A stretch of DNA of 64,000 nt from Ramazzottius varieornatus (taxonomy: Eukaryota; Animalia; Tardigrada), in contig BDGG01000009.1 in assembly GCA_001949185.1 (NCBI GenBank), forward strand, positions 186,001 through 250,000, written 5' to 3'. This document shows, piece by piece, positions 12,652 to 25,096 of the stretch (positions are counted from its first letter, which is position 1; every line of letters starts with the position of its first letter). The notes under the pieces are model-generated. The model was given only the letters and a program-made list of their open reading frames with translations. It was not told the origin of the DNA and did no database searches. A program made the position numbers and the translations under genes.

Positions 12652-13305
12652 ATGATCCAAAGTGAGCTAAGTCCGCCGGGGACAGTCTCCCGTTTCGTGG
12701 AGATGTTTCGCTCGATGGAGTCCATTTCCGTTCAACGCCATATTGGCCAACACAGCAAACGTCCGAAGGCGGCTCGAAGTACCGAAGCGGAAGTCCGCAT
12801 TCGAATGGGCGTCGTCAGTGACTGCCAACGCGTTCTGGAGCTCATGAACGAACTTTCCACGCAGCCAAACTTGACTAACGTACCCAGCGTCACACTGGAA
12901 GACCTGCGCAACGACGGCTTTCCGGAAGAAGGCAAAGGGAACGCGCTATTCCACCTGATGGTCAGCGAGCATGTTAAAGCTGGTATCGTCGGCTTCGCCC
13001 TGTTTTATCCTTCGTATTCGGCATGGACGGGGAGAGCATACGTGCTGGAGCTGTTGTATATTCAACCGGCGTATCGTCGACGTGGGCTGGGAAAGCGCTT
13101 AATGAGCAACCTGGCCAAGTATGCGCTGGAGAATGGGGCCAAGCAAATTCGGCTGGATGTTTCTAAAGACAATACTGAGGCGTTGAAATTTTACATTCAG
13201 AACCTTGCGCTGAGGGATTTTGCCATTAAGTTTCATATACCCGCTGTCAACGGCAAGTCTCATGAAGAGATACTGCGGGCTTTGGCCTCTTACGGCGCCA
13301 AATAA
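12652..13305 (+). CDS. GNAT acetyltransferase, diamine/thialysine N-acetyltransferase (SSAT/SAT2)-like
   Basis: Uninterrupted 217-aa ORF. LEDLRNDGF, IVGFALFYPSYSAWTGR, AcCoA loop YRRRGLGKRLM, NTEALKFY. Confidence 0.85.
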   Translation: MIQSELSPPGTVSRFVEMFRSMESISVQRHIGQHSKRPKAARSTEAEVRIRMGVVSDCQRVLELMNELSTQPNLTNVPSVTLEDLRNDGFPEEGKGNALFHLMVSEHVKAGIVGFALFYPSYSAWTGRAYVLELLYIQPAYRRRGLGKRLMSNLAKYALENGAKQIRLDVSKDNTEALKFYIQNLALRDFAIKFHIPAVNGKSHEEILRALASYGAK

Positions 13306-13484
13306 CCTTCGTTTTCACAGCTTGTTGATTTCTACTGTACACGTTCTGATAGAGAAACTTATTCAGGTTACCTCTAAAATCTGAATAAAGTCTGGATAAA
13401 CTTGAATAAAATCAAAAAGAACGTCCTCGTCGAACGAAAACGAAGAACCAAAATGCGTCGGATGACTACCAGAAAAGATTCCCC

Positions 13485-15452
13485 TCACGTGGTATGTGCT
13501 GTGCGGGTAGGGCTTCGGTGAACGAAAAACAGTATCACCAAGAACGAAGAGCCCAGTAAGGCTAGCAGGCCTTCTATGACGAAGACCCAGGTGAAGGTCC
13601 CGAACGAGATATCCAAAATAAACCCTGGAAAGGAACGTTACGTCGTACTTATGCGATGATGGACAAGTTAAGAATCACTTCTTCTGCATTTGGGACGTCG
13701 GCAAACGAAGTAAGCATAATTATTATCTCCCGTGGCGCGTTACTCCATTGTTATCGGTTAGAAGCGTGCGCTACTTGGATAACCGATCTGGCCGAGTCTG
13801 CCAAACTTGCGCACGTTCGTATCGCTTTTGGCTGGAATCGTGCGTCACTTGGACAAGCGATTCATGTTCAAGCCATGTGCCGAACTGCCGATGTCCCACT
13901 TGTTGAGTTACCTGAGATTGGGCCGCCGGCCAGAGCCGCTAGGCCCACCGTAAAGACGAAGAACCCACCGGCCACTTCGATCATCTGGATGGGAACCAGG
14001 TCGGCTAAGACGACAGGAAACGCAACCATGATGATACCACCGACCACACCATACACCACACAAAAGACCACCGTGGTCACGTACGACTGAGCAAAGACGG
14101 ACACGATGATGACGATCCCGCCGACGGTTTCCGCCAAGGCTAGCACACCTGTCTTGCTAGTTCTTTCAGATGCCAAGAGCAGCGTGACGGTTATCCGGCC
14201 AACGATATTGGCGATGGCAATGATCATGGGCAGGAAGTTGGCTTCGGTCACAGAGATGGCCAGTTCTTTCTCGGCCCGTGAAGCCACGTACATCAAGAGC
14301 GGGAAGTAGCCCAGAGCAAAGAGAAAGTTGGAGAGAAGGAAGAGATCGTAGTGCCATAGGCGGAAGATGGACAAGTCGAAGGAAGAGGGCGACGAGGACT
14401 GTTGAACGGCAGTGGTGCGCCGACGACTGGGTGCCGGACGGAGGAGTAGAGCCATGATGGTGCCATGTAGCATGCATCCTCCAAGGATCAGGAAGCAACC
14501 GTCGAGGGTGTACCGTTCGCGGAGGAAGTGGAACAGGTTGGGGTAGAGGAACATGCCGGTCCCACCAACGCAGGTACCGATACCCAAGGCCAGGGGGCGC
14601 TTCTTGTCGAACCATGTCGTCATTGAGACCAGACCCGCCATCGACATGCATCCGAAGCCAAAACCTTCAAGGACCGTGCAAGTAAAACAAATAAATGGGA
14701 GCTAGCCGAGCCAGGCATACAGACTCGACGAGATCGTCTTACTGAGTAACGCACGCTGTCAACCAACCAAACGGACAACACGCGCCACTTGGGAATACAA
14801 TCTTGTCGGGTTTACCGTACTTGCCGAAGTGGAGCACGCCTCCGGCCCATAACACCGAAGACCTGCGCCACTCGGTAAGGCATTCCGGACGAGTCTTTGC
14901 CGAGGTCTCAAGTAGCAAAATTGAATAATAACTTTTACCTGTCAGAACGCCGAGGCTAAACAGAAGAAAGACGACGCTTCGTGCGAACATGCTGATAGCT
15001 GTCCCTGTACCGGCTAGAATCGCTCCCACGAAACAAACCAATCTCGCGCCAAACTTCATCAAAAGATAGCCAATCAAGGGGCCGGTCAGCAACATCATCC
15101 CCGTCAAGATTGAGCCAATCCAGGAAGTCATAGCAGCGGACTCTCCATAGGTAGTCAGTAACACAGGGAAGATGACACCCAGCGTGAAGCAGAACCCATC
15201 GGTCGTAATATTAATTAGACACACCGCGGCGCAGACCATCCATGCCGACGGAGAGTCCACCCCCGGAAGCTCCGTCTTCGCCTTGTAGAAAGAACGGGGC
15301 GGAGATCGTCCATTAGCGCCTGCTGGGACTAAAAAATTGTCGGGAGTCTTCCGACCATGCGAAACTACCGTTCCCTTTGGCTTTACTGAGCCGTCTCCCA
15401 ATAAAGGTGAATCAAGGTTCTCTGGCGTGATCATTTTGGATGCATAACACAT
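13485..15452 (-). CDS. Monocarboxylate transporter family (SLC16, MFS) protein, 3 exons
   Basis: Exons ~15452-14939, 14664-13912, 13624-13485. DSPSAWMV (MCT PDGGWGW-like motif), WFDKKRPLALG, LLLRP; about 12 hydrophobic helices. Confidence 0.9.
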
Positions 15453-15657
15453 GCGTCTGTTACCAACAAACTAGGACAGAACTTCCGAGCTCGACCGGGG
15501 AAGCTCAAAGGATCAAGGGAAAAGATATATTCACTCTTCCGCACATTGACAATGAAATTCCATGGTTTGATGGCTTACGTTATCCGCTCGGCTTTGGCCA
15601 TAAAAATAAACTGTAAACAATAAAATCACACCCAACTTCCGCCGCAGAAGTACCACA

Positions 15658-15792
15658 GATACGCGTTGCGTAAAAAGAACCATCAATATTTACTTTGCAG
15701 TAAACCCGTTGAAAGATCAAAGTTTAAAGCAAACTCGTAGGTAGTAGTTAGTTAGTTAGTATATTAATGGTTCTTTTTACGCAACGCGTATC
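15658..15792. repeat. 135-bp hairpin (32-bp inverted repeat, 1 mismatch) between PKA-R 3' end and SLC16 start
   Basis: gatacgcgttgcgtaaaaagaaccatcaatat (15658-15689) / atattaatggttctttttacgcaacgcgtatc (15761-15792). Confidence 0.85.
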
Positions 15793-15920
15793 GGTAAAGA
15801 GACCAAAGGTTATACAGATGTGTACAGATATGTATGAGCAGAAAAAAAACAGAAGAATTATATCTTGGCAGTGGTGCAGCGGAAGAGCCTAGTTTCACAT
15901 ACACGGTGCGGATGTTTCGA

Positions 15921-17766
15921 TTACTTCTTCGGTTGGTCGTTACCAAAGATCTCGGTCATTTGCCGATCATAACGTTCCTTGTTACGTTTCAAGATGTCCA
16001 TGCAAGGACCCAGAAGTCTCTCGAAAGCCCCCTTGTTCAGGAAGGCCAACTCGACATCCTTCACAGCCCGAACAGTGGCAGCTCGGGGCTTGCTGGTGAC
16101 CAGGGCCAGTTCGCCAAAGTAGCTACCGGCACCCAGTTTGCCCAAGTCCTTCTCCTTACCGTTGATCATCTTGGTAACCTGTACCTCGCCTACTTGTACG
16201 ATGTACATTCCTTCCGCCTGAGCATCACCTTTAACGCGCCAAAAACACCTGCTTCGCACTAGTCGTGGGATGACAACCTAGTCGTTACGGAGTTGATTCT
16301 TCCTCTTTTCTACGAAAGATCGATCTTGTCTTTGATGGATATTTCGTAGATAAAGGGTGTAAATAACTAATCCCGATCAGATCGTTTGACCAAGTGGCGC
16401 ACAAGTTCGGTGTCATGGCTGAAGGAGTGCGCCGCTTGCAAATAATTTTATACAGTTCGCTTTGACGCAGGTTCGCGGATGTTGGCTAAAAGCATGCGCC
16501 ACTTGGAAAAACGGCCTGGTCAAGTTTGTTGCCGATCACCCACCTTCAACAATGATTTTCTCTTTGGCTTTATAGCTTTTAGGGATCAGCGCATCACACA
16601 GGTTACTCTTTTCGTATCCCTTCAGCTCCGAGAAAAAGTCCACCTTTTCAAAAATCTTCAGATATTTTTCCCGTTTCCGGAAGGCTGCGCCCAGCACTAC
16701 TTGCTGGAATGTCTTCCTATCCTACACAATATATTACAAGACACACGAAAAGCCCCATCAGCCTCGGAGAACCGAAAGTGACAGAATGACCAGTTTACCG
16801 TACCAACGCCCAAAGTTTTCCGGCGGTAGTGGCAGTGACAGTTGCGGCTCTGGCTTGATTATACATCAATGCCAATTCCCCGAAACTTCCGCTAGCCGGG
16901 TATTCACCCACTTTCTGGTCAAGACCATCACCATCCTTGACAAAGATGTCATAGTTGCCATTCTCAATAATGTAAAACTCGTTGGCCTTCTCATCGCTGT
17001 CACCTTGTCTGATGACGTTCTGCCCTCTCTCCACGCTGACCTATCAAATACGACTGAAGATTCACAAGCCGAACAAGAACTTTCAAGTGCCGTTCCTTAC
17101 GGGATGGAGGGCCGCAATGACTTTCTGCAACGAATTGTTATCCAACGCTCGAAACAAAAAGACATCTCTGCACACTTTGGTCAGCAGTTCGGTATCTTGA
17201 GGAGATTTCGGCGTGACCGGAAGTGGACCATAGCTGACTTTCGCGGGATCGAACACTACAGAACGATGACAAACAGCGTTACTCCAACTGTAGCTCCTTC
17301 CACACTTTGTTTAAATGGCAGAGAAGAGTGGGTAGTACAAGAATGACTGACGCACCGTGGTCGTACCTTCAGCCGAGACCGAGCCTCGTCTCCGGGACTT
17401 GATCTCAGGCGACACTTCCGGCAAATTAGCCACTGCCTCATCTTCTTGTTTCCACTCGGCACTTTTACCGTCATCCCACCATTCTTCACCTTTCTTTCCC
17501 TACAATCGATCCACAAAAACTTTCAGTTTTCAGCCTGCACTATCTTCTCTAATACCGAAACGCAGCACGCAATACAAAGGTGGCGGAAGCTACACCCCAC
17601 GGTTAAGACTAACCTTCTTATCCGACTTTGTGAAATACTTCAAAGCATAATCGGCTAGCTGGTTTTTGCTGACCTTTTCTTGCGATAACTTTGACAAAAA
17701 TTTGCTAACGACTTCTTGAACTTCCGGTGGCAGCTTGTTGAACACGTCCTGTACATTTCCAGCCAT
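15921..17766 (-). CDS. Pka-R2: cAMP-dependent protein kinase regulatory subunit, type II-like, 6 exons
   Basis: Hinge RRGSVSAE (phosphorylatable Ser, type II). Two cNMP cassettes [17 protein letters not shown] and [18 protein letters not shown]; [15 protein letters not shown]; short N-terminal docking-like helix segment. Confidence 0.92.
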
Positions 17767-17957
17767 TGCAAGATCTCTCAATTACACCAATCAATTGAAA
17801 TAGTATATGAAACAGCCATCTCCGCCAATCTGAGCGGGCTCTCCCACTTTCTCAACACAGCAGTTCCCAAGATACCACGCAACCACCTCGACAAGAGCTC
17901 AGCGAAGAAAAGACCGACTAAGGTGGCCGTTAGAGATTTTGTGAACACTGATTAGTC

Positions 17958-19849
17958 ATGGAAGAGAATCCCTTAATCTACGCGACGGGGACGCTGCGGC
18001 AGCCCAGCTTCACCGACATTCCTATCCGACAAAGCAGCCGCACTACCTTGGCCATTTTGGCTCCTTTTTACTCCGCCGTCCGTGATACTGCCCTCGAAGT
18101 TCTTCGCCATGTCACGCTGTCGACCATCAGTCATCACTACCAACATCTTCATTTTGACGACCAGGAAGACCACCAGCAAGACGTCATGGTCCTCACCCGG
18201 CGCTTCTTCTCACCCGACGTCAGCCCCCAACAGATCTGCTCCAAGTTGGGCCGCGCCAATACGCGGGGCATTATCCTACTAGTCCGTCACAGCAGTTGGT
18301 TCTCCATGTGTGACCAGATCGACATGTCCCTCAGCCGGTTGTGGAACAGCATTACCAAGGCACCGAGCTTGCCACTTTGTATCCTGGTTCATGGCGACCA
18401 TAAAGCCAAGGTCTTTTACCGGGGCAAGTCTGTCGATCAGTCCAAGAAGAACCTCCTACAAGCGGCCCTGGGTAAGTATCTGATCGAACATACGGCCGTG
18501 CCTGCTATCATGTTTGCCGCTCACCTGGTCCAGATCAGGCAGTGCTTCACGGACTTCCTCCTCAAAGACAAGGCCAGAAGCTTGCTCAAGTGGATTCTAG
18601 CTGAGATGGATCGCACACCCATCAATTACAAAACCCGCTGGGGATATCAGAATCTGACTAGACTACCTCAGAACGAACTGTCGAGAGCTCCCACGGTTTC
18701 CGACGACGTAAGGATACGCAAGGGTAAGGCCTTGTATAGTATACTGTGCTTTCTCGACTAGGTCGTTGTGCTTGAAAAGAGTGCGCCACCTGGAAAAACG
18801 GTGTTGTCCAGTTTGCCACCCAAGTGGCGCATCTTTCCGGTGCTATTGACTGGAAACATGCGCGACCTGGAAAACCGACTTTGTCGAGTTTATTTGGCGC
18901 GCTCTTTTCTTGTGGATTTCACTCCTTTGCTGTCACCCTGTAACCTAATATCTGCCCTACAGTTATCAGTCGGAAAAGTTTGGCCAAGAAGTTCATCAGT
19001 CGTCGTTCACATTCCGAGCCTCGCCTAACGCCGGTCCCAACTAGCCGTGGCTATTCTTCCAAAATCATCATCTCCGTAGCTCGGCAAAGCGTCCTGACCA
19101 GCCTGGATATCTGCGCGCTGGAAGCCCTCTTACACAAAATCTCTGCCCGGCTCTTTTACCCAGTCTCCAACGAGGAAGACGACAGCGACATCCACGACAT
19201 TATCATCAGCACCGACCGCCACGACCTAACCCAGCGTGCCTCCTACATACTGTCCATCTTTCGCCGTCTCAAATCATACCAGGAAGGCACGTACAGCGTT
19301 CTTGAGGAACAACTCCAGAGCCTGAACCCTCTAGTCCACGACCTCGACCCTCACCATATGCACTCGTTTTCCTCACACATCACCTGGGCTTCTCAACCAT
19401 GGAGTCGGACCGTCACCCACATTTCGATGAAGTTCGAGGTGGGGAAGCTCCATCGTCAACAGATCTTCCACTTGCCTATCGCCCTCACCTACGAAGAGCT
19501 ACGGGTTCTCCGTGCCTTCTACCTCGACTACTACGCAGCCCAGTGTCCTTCTATCGGAAAGCACAATGGCAACCGGAAACGCGCCTATTCCGTTGGTCCT
19601 TCCGGCTACCGACACCGATGGACAGGAAGTGCTGTCAAGAGCCTACCACTTCGAGACAAAGAAGCCTTCCTTTTTGGTCTTATTGGACCGGCTAACCCGG
19701 CCGACTGGAGGACATCTCGCTCGGAAGCAGCCGTGACGGGCACATGTGGACGCCAGCAAGTTGCCTGGAAGACGGGCGATGGACGCGTCATTCTCGTACC
19801 TAAGGCCTGTCTTCACCCCAGAAGAAAGAGATCCCCAACTAAACGCTAA
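17958..19849 (+). CDS. Uncharacterised two-exon protein (~550 aa), no recognised domain
   Basis: Long ORFs 17958..18761 and 18980..19849 joined by a GT-AG intron (~18724-18962) that holds a palindromic-family copy. Confidence 0.65.
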
Positions 19850-20236
19850 CTTCTTTCACCTACACAGATATTTCGAATCCTTTCCTTGTCCTTGTGGGTT
19901 TCGCTTCTTACTGTTTTCTTCTGTCTTCAGTTGCACCGGCTTATTCTTATCCGAAATTCCCAACTCCAGAAAATCTAGAAAAACAACAAGGGTAATCGAG
20001 AAATTGATGCAGCTACAAGCCAAATAAAACAAAACGACGTCCGTCTTTGGTACGAGAAGCCACGTTGAGTTTACTTCCGGTCGCCGATTACCGAAGGTTC
20101 ACCAAATTAAAATATCTATCTGTAGATCTTCGCTCTGTAGGTAACCCGACAACTGATCTTTGCTGCGAAATTCAAAAGATAATGCCAAGAAAATGTACAA
20201 ACAGAATCACAGTCATTCATGGACGAGGAGCGTAGA

Positions 20237-20672
20237 TCAGTGGACGATGTGTCGCAGAGGTTCCGCTTTGATGGCATCAAAGTCCAGCTGGGCGTCCTCC
20301 TCTTCGTTAACTTCGCCGACGATCGCGCTGGAAGAAAGTAAGATATCACTATTGTTAAACTCTCATATATTCAGCATGCTGGCGTTTCGGAAGAACATTT
20401 ACATGTTGTCTCCCCGAACCATGTATGCGCCAAGTGGAACGGTCTGGATGCCTTGATGGGAACTGTACACCCGCTCGCTGGAGTCCGTCAGGACGACGTT
20501 GATCGTCTGGTCGTAGCCTTGGAATGATCCCTACAACGATGACGAGCAGCATTCGCAGAGGCACTCCTGTTTTGTCTGAAGATGGACTTACCACCAGTGT
20601 TCGTCCATCATTGGTAATAATCAACACTTTCTTCCCGTAGAAGGCGTCTAGCGTTGACGTAGGTGCGCTCAT
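20237..20672 (-). CDS. LSM8: U6 snRNA-associated Sm-like protein LSm8, 3 exons
   Basis: Spliced product MSAPTSTLDAFYGKKVLIITNDGRTLV-GSFQGYDQTINVVLTDSSERVYSS..VPLGAYMVRGDNI-AIVGEVNEEEDAQLDFDAIKAEPL. Confidence 0.95.
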
Positions 20673-21098
20673 CCTGCTCTTCCGCTTTCCTTCCCTCACA
20701 GGTAAAGAAGTTTACCTCTTTTCCAGCAGATCCTCAAAGTGAAACAGTATACTAAGACTTCGGTTCTACTTCAAGCAGACATCCGGGAAAAAATCGGGAA
20801 AATAGAATTAATGAAAGTTGAAAATCCAGATTCCAGAAAAACGTAACTGCTGATGATTTAGGAGATTGCGATAAACAGCCGCGACATCGGGGTTAACCAA
20901 CGTACTTAGAAATTATCGATGCTCACGTGGTACAGAGTCTGTTCCACTTGTATCACGCGTGACAGAAGGTGATGCAAGACTGCAGGAAGATGCAGATTGC
21001 AGAATCGCAGATCGGCGAGATCGCTCTCGAGTTTCGACCGGGAGTTTGTTTGCTTTCCCGTTCTCTCTGTTGATGAACTTCATACCACTGTATCCACA

Positions 21099-23437
21099 AT
21101 GGCGTCCAGAACCCCGACCTTATGTCGAACCCTTTACGGAAGGATGATGTGTCCGCCGATTCGGGAGCTGACGGTAAGGAAGGTGCGGTAGCAATACTAA
21201 GAAGTTGTAGTATGTATTTGGGACTCAAACAGATCGTTCTTTCAAGTGGCGCATGTTTGCAATTATATCAGCTGGAAGTGTGCTCCACTTGGTCGGTGTG
21301 GGTCTGTTTGGCGAGCTCCTCTTTTTGACGGTTACGTGAGTGTGAAGCCGATCTAATTGTTAAGACAGGACGAAGCGACCATTCCCTTGCCGCAAGCTTC
21401 GGATCGTCTCACTTCATTTACCGGGGTCTAGCGTCGTCGAAAAGCACCAAGACAGACGATGCTGAGACTCCCTCAACGCCTAAAGAGTCCACTCCAGCGC
21501 ACCCACACCTTCGTCCTCCAAGGAAACTACGGCAAGTAGCCTCACCGCCGGACACGATCGAGACACCAAAGAAGCCCCGTGCAGCCCCTTCGACCCAGCT
21601 CCTACCCGTCGTCTCCTTCTGCACCGCTCATGAATACCGGCTGGACGATCTGAAGACACGTCTGCGCAAGACGTGGAAGAATGGCTCTGATCAGCAGGAT
21701 GGAGGTCGGCCACGGTACCAGCTGGTGGACTCTTTCCTGACAGAAGAGCTGGTCGAAGACGCAGTCCACTATAAGATCAGTCGCAGTGGGATGGCCCCGT
21801 TGGACCGCACAGAAGAACAAGAGAACGAGGCCGGAGATGTTTTCATCTTTCGAGAAGGCTCAGTGGTCTTTTGGAACGTCGCAAAGGCTGAAGCCAAGGG
21901 TATGCTGAATGTCCTGCAAGAGTTTGAAGTCAAACCATACCCTAGTAAGTAAATCATTCCTCCTATACCTCGCAGACATTTCTGTCGCAAGCACAGACGT
22001 CCATACTTCTCATCGGTCCGGACTTCATACCAGACTCTGGCGGACGTTCCTTATCGCTCCAGCGATATCTGCCTTTATCTACGGGATGCCTGTCAAGGTC
22101 GTGCGACTCGTGCCCGCCACAAACCTGATAGGCATCATCGTACAGTAGAGAAAGGGCCGAATTTACTCGGCGCTCTCGTCGTCTGTTCCTCACTGGATGA
22201 TCTGACAATGCGAAGTTTAGCCAGCAGTCCTTGTTGACTCCCGATTAGGTAGCACACGATGTGACTGGATTGTATTTTTTGTCTACAGAGTCCATTGTGG
22301 AGTACGAAGCCGAATATCTGGACTACGGATATTCCAGTCAGCTGCAGTGCTCCCCATCTCCAGAGGTTACTTCGTCGGAATACAACCCGAAGAAGCCACC
22401 GGTCAGTCAAATGGCCAAATTAACGTCCGACGGTTGTATCCTTCTAAGCCAGTCTTCCAGAAATAGCCAAGAACTCAGCTTAGTGAAGTACACCTTCTCT
22501 GATGCCATTGCCATGTCTGGTAGGTACAGTGTCCCTTTTTGAATTCTCCACAGTCCTCCGGCGAGAAAGAAGTCGATAGTCGTAGCTTATTCGCATGTTT
22601 CGTAGTCAAGTTAGCCATCTACGAATCGCTTCTGCAGCAGTATGTCAGCTCGATTGATCATGCTTTGACGGTAAGCCCAGTACACGCGTTCTCGTATCGC
22701 TGATTTCGCCGTTTTTTACAAATTCTTCAAAGAAATCCTTGTACGGGTTGGTGAGGTGCACGGTTCTGTCAGTGTTTCTCGTAGAAAATTGGCACGAACC
22801 AACACGGGCTAAAATGGGACGTCGAACCGTCGGTGAATGGTTTCGCCCAAAACGCTAGTCATAGTGGCGCACTCTCTCAGCCAGTGACAATGAGAACGTG
22901 CGCCACTTGAGCGCAGTCTGGAAGAAATCATTTACAGCACTTACGGCCCACGTATTTCACAGCTCGTACTGCGACCTGACTGTTTATGGATGCTCATTTT
23001 TTCAGGGTATGAAGACCAAAGGCAGGGTTGTGCTGTCCAAAGACCAAGTTCTACGCAAGACCGGCGAGCTCTTTGATTTGCGGCATTCCATCAATCTCAG
23101 CTCCGACATGCTGGACACGCCGGACTTTTACTGGGATCGCGAAGACCTGGAGTCGCTGTATCAGCTGATGACCGTCTACCTTAGTATCAACAGACGAACC
23201 AAGGTGATGAACGAAAAGTTGAACCATTGCTATGCTATGGTAGAATTCTTTCGGGACCATTTGAATAACCAGCACCATGTTCGCCTAGAATTGATGATTA
23301 TCGCTCTAATTTGTGTCGAAGTCTTTTTCGAGTGTCTGCATTACGCGGAACGATGGCTTGAGAAAGAAATGTTGTTCCTAGAGGAGAATCCCGTTCTGTT
23401 GCACGAGCGAGATTTACACACCAAACCCAACCATTAA
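21099..23437 (+). CDS. RMND1: RMND1 (DUF155; mitochondrial translation factor), ~5 exons
   Basis: SFCTAHEYRL, VFIFREGSVVFWNV, KTGELFDLRHSINLSSDMLDTPDFYWDR, VMNEKLNHC, RLELMIIALICVEV. Start inferred from an Arg-rich transit-like first exon. Confidence 0.92.
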
Positions 23438-23796
23438 AGATGTCCCAGTTCTCACTTACTGAGTAAACTGAGCCAGATTTTTTCCCGACAAAATCGCATG
23501 TGTGGCGCATACTTTGAGCCAAGAACAGCTACCACGTGCGCCACTTGTGGTAACGATCTAGGTTCAATTCAGTACCCACGTTATCCCCTAACATAACATT
23601 TGACTCCCATTTACGTCACGAAGCGCTGTTGTTTCAGGCTGACGACCATGTGGAAATATCAAGCCGTTCGAGAATAAAGCATGGAGGATCCCGATTCAGG
23701 TATGTGAATAAAAAATGAGAAAGGTTTTTCAGCTAGGTAATCCATGCGGATGTAAGCTAGTCATAGACGATACAATTGATCTCGTTCACTGTCAGG

Positions 23797-24319
23797 TCAG
23801 GAGGACAAACGATTGCGGTATCTAGAAAACCAGTAAGTGGCAGAAAATGCCCGCTTGCCAAGGTTGTGAAGCTTTTGTTGGGAGGTCAGGTCGTTTCGAG
23901 CTCGCTGTTGGTACTTCTTCCTTCGAGCCAGGTCCAGCTGCATTCTGGTGCGCAAAAGATCCAGAGGAGCCGTGATGGACAGGGCGTACTCGGTAGAGTC
24001 GTCAGCGGGCTTGGAATCTGAGATCCTTTTCCATTTCCCTGCATATATGGAATGAAGGCATCCCTCCAGCAGTCTTTATGTTACAATTCAAGATCACGAG
24101 TGAACAGGAAACTTTCTTACCAGGATCTTCGGACGTGATCCGTGGATTCGTTGTGTGCCGATTCCCGGCAGCTAGTTCTCTTAGCTTCATGTCCTTCGGT
24201 GACTGCAAACTGCGAATTACGTTCCACGGCTGAACATTTGCACGGGCGAAGGGGGTTCGAGTGCACCACAATGCGAGGAGGAACCAAAAGGACAAGCGCA
24301 AATACGCCGAAATTGTCAT
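23797..24319 (-). CDS. Dh44: CRF-family / diuretic hormone 44-like neuropeptide precursor, 2 exons
   Basis: Exons 24319-24121 and 24038-23797 (phase 1). Signal peptide MTISAYLRLSFWFLLALW..; KR-ISDSKPADDSTEYALSITAPLDLLRTRMQLDLARRKKYQQRARNDLTSQQKLHNL-G-KR has the LSIxxPLDxLRxR signature and an amidation site. Confidence 0.85.
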
Positions 24320-25096
24320 TTCTTCATCTGTTAAATGGTAACTGCTGGCATGATGACAGAACGTTGTTCTCAGACAGATCGGAATGAAATGTGTTGGAGT
24401 CAAGATGCGACCAGTGAGTAAGCGGACGAGGAGGAAAAGGGAAGGGTTCTCGTTTCGTAGAGCGCAGCCCTTTATGAGCCGTCAAAGAAACGAATACCCC
24501 AGGAGGTAGGTGCGACTCATATTTGACAATATGGTTATGGGTGAGGGATTAACAAGTTATTTATTATTAGAAAATTCTGGTTTTGATTCGAAATACCAAC
24601 AAATAGTGCGTCAATGTTCTTTGTGCAGTGACTAATGTGGGTAGCACGGCATTGTATTGTAAGATCCCTGGAGACCGAAGCTGTGGCAGTGGGGTCATTC
24701 AAAAGCTAAAATCTGCTGAAAATCTTAATCCACGGTATCCGATCTGGGATGGATCAAAGCAATACTCATACAAAACATTCTTTAAAGACCTAATGAGGTA
24801 GAGAAATCCGGGGCGAATCGACGAAGGTACGGGAAGAAGACACAACATTTTCAGAAACAGCAGCACAGAAAGAACGTAAATATGACAAAAAACCGACCTA
24901 TGTCAGGTAGATTGATTTTTGGTGTATTGCGACGACCTGACATAACGCGAAAATATTGTGGCATACAACTGGCAATGGTGGCAAGCAGAAGTACAGAATA
25001 CAGTCATCTAAAATTATTGAAGTTAGCGAGATGCTTTCCCACTCTAACTAGCGCGGGCTTATTGTGAGGCTTTGAACGTTCTTCGTTCCATGCGGT

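Noticed and set aside
12652-13305. Intronless GNAT as a bacterial horizontal transfer
   Set aside because: The motifs (LxxDGF, YSxWxG) fit the SSAT family that animals already have; nothing in the sequence demands HGT.
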